From positions 1-54,827 of the forward strand of contig JABANN010000193.1 in NCBI GenBank assembly GCA_013115125.1: 54,827 nt of DNA, in the 5' to 3' direction. Of the stretch, positions 23,474-34,636 are shown one piece after another. The position numbers and the translations under genes were made by a program. Below the pieces are notes generated by a model. It was given only the letters and a program-made list of their open reading frames with translations, was not told where the DNA came from and did not search any database. The stretch comes from Perkinsus olseni (lineage: Eukaryota). Within the stretch, counting starts at the first letter, position 1, and every line of letters starts with the position of its first letter.

Positions 23474-26400
23474 TTACAAATTCTCCCAGTACTCTGCAGT
23501 AGCGACTGCGCTGCTCTTGGCTCGCTCGACCATGGCCGCATTGGAGCGGATGTTCTCGGCAATCTGGGAGATGGTTCGGGAGATCTGAGAACAACGCATG
23601 CCAACGAGCCTCTTCGAAAAGATACTCCGCACGGGCAAAAAAAAACCTAGCCAACTTACGGAAGTGAGGTCGTTTTCCCTGCCTAGTCTCTCAACGCTGT
23701 CCGCCATCTCGTAGGTGAAGCCCTTCCTAGTGCAGTTGAGTATGACTCCAGCCAGTAGGGAAGAGCTTGCGGTGGCGACACGGGCTTGGCAGGCCTTGAT
23801 GTTGTTCAACAACCACTTCCAGGTCATCTCAGCGGCGTCCTGAGTTGATATGCGGACGCCTCCCATCGGGTAGAAGTAGTCCTGGGGCTTGATGAAGTTG
23901 GTGAGGCACATATCTAGGGTGCGCTTCTTGAGGGCGGGGCTGGCGATGAAACCAAGGCTGACGTAAATGTCCATCCTGCAGCCTTGAGGGGTCTCGTATT
24001 TCTCAGCGGTTTTGATGAGCTCCTTCCACAACTCCTCTCCGACTGCTGCATCACTACCGGCCAAAGCCAACCGGAAGACCGGAACTCTGACATCCTCGGC
24101 GAGGGAGTCGGGGTTCTCGAGGAAGCCACGGGTCATCTCGGCGCATTTGGCGGCGAGAGATTTGTCAGATGAGCAGTGCTGCGACGCCAAACTGGCCAAG
24201 CAGGCTCGGAGTTGACGATCCTTCGGAGTCTCCCCGGTCTTCCTTTCCCAGCCGACCTTCTCTAACAAGGGAGTTATCATACCCGACACCAACTTGTCGA
24301 GTTCAGCAGTGCGGCCGAGGCCGGTGCAAATAGTGGACAGACCAGCGATGAGGTTGGAGAGGGCGTCCCAGACATCAGCGTCGGTCTCGTTCCTGTACGC
24401 CTTCAACACTCGAGGAGCATCTTCGGGGCTGACGCGTCCGGCTTTAGTCAGGGCGAAGATATCACCCAAAAGGTTAACCCTGTTGGGGACGGGGACGGTC
24501 TTGTCGGTCACGCCGGCCAGGATCTTCGCATTCTCCTCAGCGGAAGTGTAATGGACCCTGTAGGGCACCCACGCGCCGTAGTTGAGGAGAGCCCACTTGC
24601 CGTTGCCGACATCAATGGTCTCAGACTTCTCACGCATCATAGTCAGTCTGCCCATCTCACCAGCCGGTGTCTTCTCATCCCCGACGAGGATCGGCACCAC
24701 CCACTTCTTCTCCTCGTCCCCCTCCTTTACCGAGCCATCGGATAGGAACCAACTTTGTGTGACTTTACAGTTACCATTGGAGTCACGAGGGCCGACCTCC
24801 AATACAGGATAACCCATCTGGTCTGTCCAGGAATCCATCATCTCACGAACTGGTTGACCAGACACCTACACAAAGGAGCGATATACGAGGGCAGCATCAC
24901 AACCCACAGTCTCAGGCAACACAACACTAGACAACTCCTAATAAGCACCGATCCCAATGCGTCAAGTACCTTCTCCAAAGCGTCCCACAAGTCCTCCGTC
25001 ACGGAGTTGCCATACTCGTGAGCATGCATGTACCGACGAACGCCCTCTTGGAACTTCTCAGCACCAAGTACGGCCCACAACTGCCGCACGACTGCAGAGC
25101 CCTTCTCGTAAGATATGTGGTCGAACACCTGAAGAACTCCATACCGATAGAGTCCCCATGAAACCCATGCTTACCTGATCGACCTCCTCAGCATGATAGA
25201 TGGGCACAACAATAGGATGACTCGAACGCAGTCCATCGAGCTCAAGACCACCTTCGAAAAATTGATGAACGTATCTGTCAACATCGGTCCGGTGCATGGA
25301 GAGCATCAGCCGCCCGTGCTACGTATTCCACATGCCCAGCTCAGGGTAAAGGGCATCGGCACTGAGGTTCTCCATGAAGGAGGCGAAGCTCTCATTCAGC
25401 CAGATACCATCCCACCAGTCCATCGTGACGAGATTGCCGAACCACTGGTGAGCCAGCTCGTGAGTAACGGTGGAAGTGATGCGAGCCCGACGCTTCGTTG
25501 ACAACTGCACACGGGATAAAGTAGTGACGTCGAATGAGAGGCGACGGATGGGCTACCTTATCGGGGTTACACAGGAGATCGATCTCCCTGTAGGTGACGA
25601 GGCCCCAGTTTTCCATGGCCCCCATGGCAAAGTCAGGGACAGCTATGAGGTCAAGCTTAGGTAAAGGGTAAGGAATACCGAAGAACTCCTCGTACCTGCA
25701 CGAACACTACTGCTCTGAGTCTCATTACAGCTCGCGCAGTACCAAGCTAAGACTCTCGTGGCGACCTCGAGGGCGTATCCACACTGTGCCTGCTTCCCTG
25801 GTGTGCACAATACGCGGACCTAGACAGAAGCACATGACCACCTTGCCACTACTGTCCCCATGGCAGCCCTCCGTCTCAGCGCCTCGATTGACCATAAAAC
25901 GGGGGGACATATTCTCATACGACGCGCTACAACATCGGCTGGTGTAACCGTCAGATACCTACCAGGGTTCCCTTCTTCGTAGTATCCTGGACAAACTCGA
26001 ACTGTCCGACACAGAATGCCACAAGATAGGAGCTCATCTTGGGAGATGGCATGAACTCCACCGTCTGGTAGGATCGATAGAAAGCTCCTTCGCGTTAAGC
26101 TTGATCGTCTTGGTCGGTTTCGTCACCGCCAGAGAGACTTTCGAGGTTCCTTGGAAACGGAAGTTGTCGAAATTAGGCTTGAGATGAATATCATACTCGC
26201 TGATGACGATGTTGTCAGGAAGCACATAGCGTGCAGACTGCTCACCAGGACTGGACATAACCGATGAACGTGCTAATGAGACCTGCAACAAGCACCCTTT
26301 CTACACTCCTGGCGACTTTTCGAGAGATTCAATACAGCCCTTGGCGTGCATCCTTCCACCCACGAGCGCTCATTCTCTCCTTCAAGTTCGATTCGACCGA

Positions 26401-26591
26401 TCCACAACTACTTGCGATTCTGAAGCGAAATCTGCCCGTTGAGGTTGTATTCGACTCGGGGCAGCAGCGCTGTGGAAGAGGGGGCTAGAAGAGGCCCTCG
26501 TGGTCAGAAATGCCCGAGAGAGCATAGCTGCGCTGCTCTTTAGTGCACATCGCTTCGCTATCGAAGACGACAATACACCAAGTGCGGCCAT
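23474..26591 (-). pseudogene. M1 family aminopeptidase, copy D, frameshifted by an internal ~550 bp deletion
   Basis: KELSIDP is fused directly to the (Y)[14 protein letters not shown] segment at 26069-26072, skipping exons present in copies A-C; the frame then stops at 26034. Downstream GAMEN/HELAH and C-terminal exons look intact. Confidence 0.8.
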
Positions 26592-27637
26592 TGGAAAGGA
26601 GATGGTCACACCACTATACCCAGGAGAATCACTTTGGACCGGTTCCAGGCTGCGCCGGGGCTCGACAGAACAGGTCTAAGCCCGAGAGGATCACACAAAG
26701 ACTGTCTCCTCTTTGTGGAGGATAGTCTCCGCAACGTGAAGTTCTTGTCCCATTTGAAGAGCTTTCAGTGGGCCTGAGTGTGAACCGATTCGGGAGACGC
26801 CCGGATGTCAGCGCGCCCATAGCGCGGTATTGTCAACTGGCACTTGCCATAATGACAAGTGTCAGAACTTGAGTAGAGTCACGAAGCTTGAGGATGCCCT
26901 CGAGTATGCCTCTTCTGTTATGTTGTCCATCATCAGTTATGGAAAGGACGAGACCCTCTGCCGTTGCTGCGGATTCCGAAGTGCGGAAGGAATTAACACA
27001 GTGTGTGCGCACGCGTGCACTGCACGCATGTGAGCATCACGAGTCGCGGTTCACGACGTAAACGGTAGAGTCATTTCCAACACCAACAAATACTCAACAA
27101 GAGCGTTCATAATCAACCGGAGTCCCGACATCCGGCCGATAATGGCATACGAGACGTTCGGTGAACCCACTTAATCAAGATAACGGTAGAATACGGATTC
27201 TGCCGTTCGAGAACGTAACACGGATAGACAACAGGGAGATCTGAAGCTTTGATATTATCAAGCTAGGATGACATAGCTCCTAACGGGATCCAGTCAGTCG
27301 AGCTCGGCGGAGTCAACTGGAGGTTCAAGAAACAAGGTGGTGAGCGCCCGGGTGGGGCTGGGAGAATGCGAGGCGACCACGCCTAGAGTCACTGACATTG
27401 CCGGATTCGCCCTGGGTAATACCGCATCTTATCAGAGGGAACCGCAACACAACATAGCTATTTCACTGTGGAGGAACATCCACGTATGAAAATGCGGTGG
27501 TACTGAAAAGTGCGTGGTACGATGAAAGTGGCGGACGTCATACAAGCATGAACGGTTCATAAATGCCGAATCATACACATCGTACGGAGAACAAGCACTT
27601 GACCATACTCAAGGGAGGCAGGGCACCAGCCGACCAC

Positions 27638-29299
27638 TCATTCAGACTGAGCATCTTCGACATCCTTGTCCACCGGAGAGTTCCACTTCTCGAGTAACCA
27701 TCTGAAGGGAGAGTCGGTGGTAGCCGACGCGCGCTGAGCATCCGGGAGTATAGCCTCGTTCATGCGCACGTTAGGGAGTAGCCAGAGAAACCCCAACGGG
27801 ACCAGCTGGACTCCGATGCAAACCAAAGAGACTTTCCAGAGGTTATCAAACTGACTGGACTCGTCGACGCCAGGAAGACCTCGAGGATCCACTCCCAGGC
27901 TTTTGCTGATGAAACCCGTTATCGAGCCAGTGCTCATGAACGCAAAGTTGAACGAACCAGCGAGGAGGGCAAACATCAACCCCTCGACATTCTGCGGGCA
28001 CATGTAAGACAGCATCAGAAAGCCCGGCATGTAGATGAGTATCTGACCAACCTGTACGAGAGCGGTACTGCCGATAACGAAGACCTTGTCCGGTATACCC
28101 AGGCTAAGGTTGAGGCGAGAGTAGATGATAGGGTCTCCTAGCTGTAGAATAAATATGACAATTATGATAACAACATAAACTCGACGATAAGTCCACGTAG
28201 CCATGAAGCGAGTGACGATAATCACACTCACTACACCGGCGAGAATACCGACCGTATTGACGACAGAGCCATAGAAAAAAGCAGAGAAATTGGGGCCTCC
28301 AGGAAACTGAACTGCATCGTCGGTGAAAAAGTATTGCGCTGGTCCTGAGGGTTGAAGTCGTGTGGCACCAGTTATGCACTTGAAAAGCACCAGCCTCCCT
28401 ATCACAGGCTTCAGCAGCATCGAGGATGCAGTTAGCATGAGAACCAATAGAAGGCACAGCATCACAAAGTTTACTGTGAAGGAGCCAACGACAACTGATA
28501 CCACAGAGTAAACCACGACTATTGCGCCGACGAGTAGCGACAGACAAACGAGTTCAGGTTGCTCCTTCCACAACTTCTTCCGTTCAGCACGCGCCCAAAC
28601 TGCGCTACGCTTCTCCTCGCCGAAGTAGTTCAGCAAGACCGGGACGACGAGAGCAGCTGAGGGGAGGAGGGTTGTGCCCAGCGCCCATTGAGAGCCCGTA
28701 TGACCTCCGATGTTAGGCGCGTATTGGACGATAACTCCTGAGAGAAAACCCGCAAGAAGTCCAACTATCTTCTGACCAGCCGTGACGTAACCGACTAGAG
28801 CCGGGCCATCGACTGGGTTGTCCGATACCTTCCGAGAATAAACAGCTTCAGAGAGGAGATCAGCGCAGGTGATCCAATAGAAGATCATCATGAACAGCCC
28901 AATGATGCCGTACGAGACCACCGTGGGGGAGGGCACGATGAGAACTGCCAGAAGGGTTCCAGCTATACCGATTGCCCCCGCACCAACAAGGTAAGGCATT
29001 CTTCTGTAGCCAAAGAGAGGGAAGCAGTCCGAGAGGAGACCGACCCATGGCTTCAGTGCAAACGGCATGAACACGATGCTCATGTAGCGGTCCATCAACG
29101 GCCCGGGTACGTTCATATCCTGGAGATAGAATCTGACGACACTGTTGACCATCAGGTAGCAGTATCCCTTGGGCCAGTGTATTGTGAAGTGCAGGACAAC
29201 CAGGAGTCTCCATCCGAAGGCATCAGAAAGTCTTCGGAAGAAGCCCGATAACGGTATTGACGAAGCAACCTTAGAAAAGCTCGTCGGAGACGCAGCCAT
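27638..29299 (-). CDS. Folate/biopterin transporter (BT1 family, MFS), intronless
   Basis: Uninterrupted ORF from ATG 29299; MPFALKPWVGLLSDCFPLFGYRRMPY, DLLSEAVYS, CPQNVEGLMFALLAG and FDNLW motifs. Confidence 0.92.
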   Translation of the reverse strand: MAASPTSFSKVASSIPLSGFFRRLSDAFGWRLLVVLHFTIHWPKGYCYLMVNSVVRFYLQDMNVPGPLMDRYMSIVFMPFALKPWVGLLSDCFPLFGYRRMPYLVGAGAIGIAGTLLAVLIVPSPTVVSYGIIGLFMMIFYWITCADLLSEAVYSRKVSDNPVDGPALVGYVTAGQKIVGLLAGFLSGVIVQYAPNIGGHTGSQWALGTTLLPSAALVVPVLLNYFGEEKRSAVWARAERKKLWKEQPELVCLSLLVGAIVVVYSVVSVVVGSFTVNFVMLCLLLVLMLTASSMLLKPVIGRLVLFKCITGATRLQPSGPAQYFFTDDAVQFPGGPNFSAFFYGSVVNTVGILAGVVSVIIVTRFMATWTYRRVYVVIIIVIFILQLGDPIIYSRLNLSLGIPDKVFVIGSTALVQVGQILIYMPGFLMLSYMCPQNVEGLMFALLAGSFNFAFMSTGSITGFISKSLGVDPRGLPGVDESSQFDNLWKVSLVCIGVQLVPLGFLWLLPNVRMNEAILPDAQRASATTDSPFRWLLEKWNSPVDKDVEDAQSE

Positions 29300-29399
29300 C
29301 AATGTATTGAAGAAAGGCCTGAATTCATGAATTCGAAACAGAATCCATGACCAGTACGTTCGCGATCGACATTCTCACGCAAGCACGAGAAGTCTTTGT

Positions 29400-31450
29400 A
29401 TTCAACTCCCTGATAGAGCCTCGACCGGGCTCACAACCGAAAGCCGCCTCGCAGCGCACCTACGTCGCCCTTAGATTCCTTGCCGCGAAACCAGGATCTT
29501 CACACCGATGGCCCCACTGAATTTGTCACTCCAAGAAAAACAGAGACTGGCCAAAGGGTCGAAGACGACGGACAATGACATCAAAAACATGCAAGAAGCA
29601 GGATCAAACACTGGCCTAAAGGCATGGCCCCTACGGCATCACAGGGACCACCACTCCTTCGAATGCATCCATGGACCCTGACAATAGCAAACGCTCCCTC
29701 CGCTCTACGACAATCCGAGATAGTGGGACGAAGTCTCCGACAGCACGACCTACGGCTTAGATGCTCTGGTATGTCACTTGAGGAGCTCAGGTCCAGCCTA
29801 GTGAAGCGGATATCATCGACGCTGGTCATCGGCCCTTCGGGTAATATAACGTGCCGCGATTTGAACCTGGGTCATGCCAGGGCGAGTCCGGTCGAACAGA
29901 AGAGATCTCTAAGCTAGAGAGACGTTTCACGGTGAAACCCATGGCTCTGGAAGCTCACAGTCTAGGCTGCTGCTCTTTTTCTCTTGCGAGTGCTCTAGCT
30001 TGAATGAGATCTCCATGAAAGCTCCATGAATGCCACGAGGCCTTTCTCCGCCGAATCCCGACCTCACCGTTGCAAGGCCTTGGCTACTGACTTCACGCAG
30101 CTTTCGTCAATCTTAGAGTAATTCGTCGAGCTCTTCCGGCATCTACTTAGCCACTTGAGCAACAGATCGTCGCTGGGCATATGTACTGGGCAGGGAGGTC
30201 TAGCTGGAGGAGGTCGGACATCCTGCGGAAAGAACAAGGAGACGGTCGTCATCTCAGTTCCGTTGGAGGTCCGGAGAGGTGTCCTCACATCCCCAGTGCC
30301 GGCCTTCGTTTTGTCGGTAGCTGCCGCCACGGAATGAGTCGCCAACCGGTCCTGCCGCCAGCTCTCCACCTTCTTCCAGTACCTGCACTCACGATTACTC
30401 AAGTTCGTGATCACGACACAAGTTTCCGTGAATCGTCGTTGAGCGGACAGCCAGCGATCAAATGTTGCGTATACGTGAGAATTGTTCCAGTGCCAAACGC
30501 GCAGAAAGCTTTTAATTCGGGATGGAGGAAAGGCCTGTAAAATGGCGCTCTTACTTATCCATAGCGTCGTGCCATGCATAGATGTGCGGCAGGAGAGCGA
30601 AACGCCGGAACCTCAGCTCGTTCTCAACGAATTGCCGCCTGAGGAAATCCGAGAGGATGAGCAGTCACCCATTACTATGGGGACTATGGGACAGTTCACG
30701 CAACCCAATAGGGAACCAAGCCGAACCGTGCGGTGGCATTCTGCTGCAGAGCTTCGACAGTCCGCTCGAGGGAAGTGGCAGAAGGCTACCTGACTTGCTC
30801 CGGCAAAAGTGCCACCTTCACCCTCTCTTGAAGGGTGAGCTGGATCTCCCCCACACCTTTCGTCGAAACCCGTCGGGTTTTGGACTGCTTCACAGAAGCC
30901 CGTCGGCTCGTTGCAGCACCGCCAGACGCTGAAGATGAATCAACAGACATGCGAAGCCAAGTAAGATCGCGGTGCTGTTCACCTGCAGCGGGTGAGGGAT
31001 GTGCGGCACTGAGCTCCTTCGAAAGCACCTGTGTTAGACACCTATCCATCTGCAAATACCAATCCAGCGCCCCTCGGTCGACGGCCGAGCTTCCCCTGCC
31101 GTCTAGCTTACTTGGCGCTCGAATCTCATCCACCGGTCGCAGCACAGCTGTGTATTCCTGTCAAACCGTGCCTTGGCAGCTCGCCAGGCTCTCTGTATGC
31201 GACGGCATTGCTCGTGGAACTTCCTCGTCGCCAGCATTATCTTGCCGGCGGTCCTGAACGTGAGGCCCTAGTCCCTTCACCAAGCCTAGCGCGCCCGCAT
31301 AACACAGGCTGTGGCCTAGCTGGTTAAGATTGATACTGCTTGCGGCGGCCTCTCGCCTCTGCTACCGTAATACACGAGAAGTTACAATCACGGGCAGAGA
31401 GCTCACCTCCACGATTTTAGGCAGCCCATTACCACCATTGCAGCTCTCCT
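29400..31450 (-). mobile_element. Possible heavily decayed retroelement (DIRS/tyrosine-recombinase-type order suspected)
   Basis: No recognisable spliced gene; stop- and frameshift-ridden minus-strand frames give weak echoes of an RT thumb (SLASCQGTV..AVLRP; ALDWY), an RNase H start (LRMSVDSSSASGGA) and a YR-like region (GRAVGDF; CFLHVF..SLFF). No YxDD found. Confidence 0.25.
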
Positions 31451-34400
31451 TCGGCGACTGACACAAAAACCTTGACTTCGAGTACGCCTCTTCAAGGCGC
31501 CGACCGTATATTCAGTCGTAAAGCGAAGTATGCCTGCAGGAATGGGACGAGCTTTTGGACCTCTTCGCTGGCCATTAGTCGCTCCAGCTCTTGCTGCTGA
31601 GCCAGTACAGCCTCGTACCTTCACAGTAGCCGGATAGAAAAAGTCGCAACTGTCCGAGCCCGCAACTAAATATATGCCTACTGCATTCTAGCAAGGGTCG
31701 TTCGGGGCGCGCCCTGCCTCGAGCTGCCGGCTGCTCCTAGGTTACCTGCGATGGACACAGGAGAGGAAGCTCCAAGGAATTAGGTGCGAGCGTGGGGCGG
31801 ACGTCAGCCGCGGCGCTACCTCGCTTCATTCTCAGGAGATTCACTTCGTCCATCACGAAGCACATGAAACTGGCGAAAGCAAGAGCGCCCTGAAAAATGG
31901 ATGTAGGACGATTCCCGGCAACCGGTGAACAATATGAACATTCAAATAGTGCAGACAAGGGCAAACTAGGTGGAATCGAACATGGACAGTCGGGGCTCGG
32001 GAATCCGGAAAGCTCGCGACTATTTAGTGTCTCTCGACGTCCAAGTTCTCACTGTAAATCACGAAGGAGACAACGGCAACAGTTGCCGTGGTGAATTGCC
32101 GGGCAACTCACCAGCCAGTTGCCTTGAGTTCTTTTCCTCTGCTCTTCGGCCTTCCCATGACGCTTCCACTTCTCGATCTCCTCCATCTACAGAAGACCGC
32201 CGGCTCTCGGTTCGCGGCCACCTTTTGAGAGCTCACCCGCCTCGCCTTCAGAAGCAAAGCCGCTTCAACGCGAGCCTCTCTAGATGCTTCGCTGGCGACC
32301 AATCGCTGCAGCTGACCACCGAACAAGGACAGTCCGGATGAACTAGAAAAGTAGTGTTCAACTCACAGCGAGATCCCGTCGACATTCCCAGTCGTACGCC
32401 TGCTGTTTACGGTGCATTAAAACAGCCTCGGGAGCATACATCGAGTTTATGTATCTACAGCGCGCAGAACACGATGATGGCGAGGAGTGGTAGGTGCAGC
32501 TTACTCCGAGGAGGAATTCCGCAGGAGAATATCTGACGTCTCGGAATGTCCAGAGTAGAGCGATCTCGAATCATCAGAGCCCATCGTGGAACCTACACAT
32601 CCAAAGCTAGGAGCACACTCGCAGCCTTCGCGTCCATCGAGGTGAGGCAGGTGTCAATACCAAGACAGATGGCCACTGATCGTTCGGCGAAGGATCTCCA
32701 GTGAACTCGGACAAGGCTTGGGCCAAGGATGGTTAACTGTCGCTCAGTATTAGTCAACGCTCCGTCGAGTCAGCCACACGCGAGACGTCAACGTCGCCAT
32801 TCACTAGAGCCCTCACGGTAATAAACATCATCTTAGACCTCATCACCTTTGATGACACTCTCCAGGAGCCCAATTCGGACGGAGTGAGTACCGTCATCAG
32901 CTCGCCTCTGATAACGGTAACTGACAAAGCTAGCGGCTGCTTCGGGTTTAACACCATGCGATTGTCGCGTGGCAAGAGAAGTTCCATAAAGACCGTTGAA
33001 GTTTGGCCCACAGACGGCGGTCGAACAGGAGGCCACGTGCCGAATGAGGTGGAGACTATGGAACATTCATACTCTATTCAGATTAGAAGCAGCCCAAATC
33101 ATCCCAAATCTACATCTTGATTCGCTCGAGCTGTGCTTGGCGTCTCATAGCCATTTCACACTCGAAATCAGTCATCGTGTCCGCAGGCCGCAGTCGCTTC
33201 TTCTTCTTAGGCTCGGGTGTAACTGCATGGGATCAACCACAACATAAACTACGCGAACAGGTGGTGAGGCAGTTCCACGAGACACTCCCTTCGCCAGTCG
33301 GGGACAATGCTACTCGTGCGTACAAACGGTGGTGTGATCGATGGACTCAGGGACTCAGACCCGCACAGAGAAAGCTGTGGCGTACCAATCTTGATCTTGT
33401 ATCCGCCAACAGAGGGTTCGAAGCCTGCGTGTCTTCGTATCAGCTGCGTGATCGACTGTTGCACATCAAGAGCACCTGAAACCAGTCCAGAGCTTAGCAT
33501 CACCCCGGTCTTGGCGGAGCGATGCAATTTGTTAGAGAGCCTTCAGCGGAATACAACACCCTTCTTCGCATGCTAACACAGGGAGGACTTATGCCGCCGG
33601 AAGGGTCTATGTACACGTCCTCGCATTGGTTCAGCATTGAGAGTACGGGTGAGCCGCTAACGTGGGATCGCCCGGAAACACATAGATAACGAAGACCAAA
33701 CCGAACTCGACAGAGAGGTCACGTCAGTTCTGAGGCGTACAGAATGATCGGAGCACGACAGAACCTCTCCAGTATGAGCTGTGCAACAGAAGGCTCTCTA
33801 AGCATTCCGGATAATGCCCCACTCCCAACTACGACGTGTCAGCAGGAAAAAGCGCTTACTCTTCTCGAAGCTCCCCAGGGCCTTGGCGTGCTCCTGCCGT
33901 TCTCTCCGTGCGTCAGCCCTAAAGAAAACACTCCGAGCGAACTGGCCCATCCTTCGCCCCGATAGCGTAGTAATTTCGACCCCGACCATCCGCAGTCGCG
34001 TCCAACCTACCCAAAGCCCCGCCGCCTGCTGCCAGCTTTGAGTAGCCGAGCACAAATCATATTTCTCTCCCTCATCGGTTCCGACAGCTCCGGGCCACTG
34101 AAGCGACTCCGCAGGCTCGCCCCACTCAATGACACCTGAGGCGCAGCTCAGAAGGAGCAACCGGCGTCCACATGATGGTTCGTTCTCCCACCTTCAAGGG
34201 GCCACTAGGATGCCCCTCAGGGTCTGAGGATGGCAAACTTTTCCTCGGCGGGCCTCGAGGCGGTGAACCCTGATCAGCGAAACCATCCACGACCACTCAG
34301 CCGAACCGGAGCTTCTCAGAGAGAAGGTCTCACATGTCCGGACGGAGATTCCCGAGTGGAGACGTGACGCTCGTGCCGTGCCATGGTGACGCGAGGATAG

Positions 34401-34636
34401 AACACTGACCCTAACACGTCCTCGACCCTCCATCAGTTCTCCTCAGCCAAACGCTCGTCCAGATATGGAAGCATACTTCATGCGTGACATTTCCAAGGTA
34501 GTCCAGAGTCCCATTGCCCCGCTCTTGCTTATAAAATTGAGTCCAACGCAACGCATTCCACTGAGAGAACATCGGTCGGCGTGGTCATGCAGGCAAACAA
34601 CGGCGGAAACGGCAACTGATGATGGTGGTAGTAGGG

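Noticed and set aside
13052-25021. Recurring small + strand ORFs (e.g. [16 protein letters not shown]...)
   Set aside because: Antisense frames of the duplicated aminopeptidase exons, not a separate gene family
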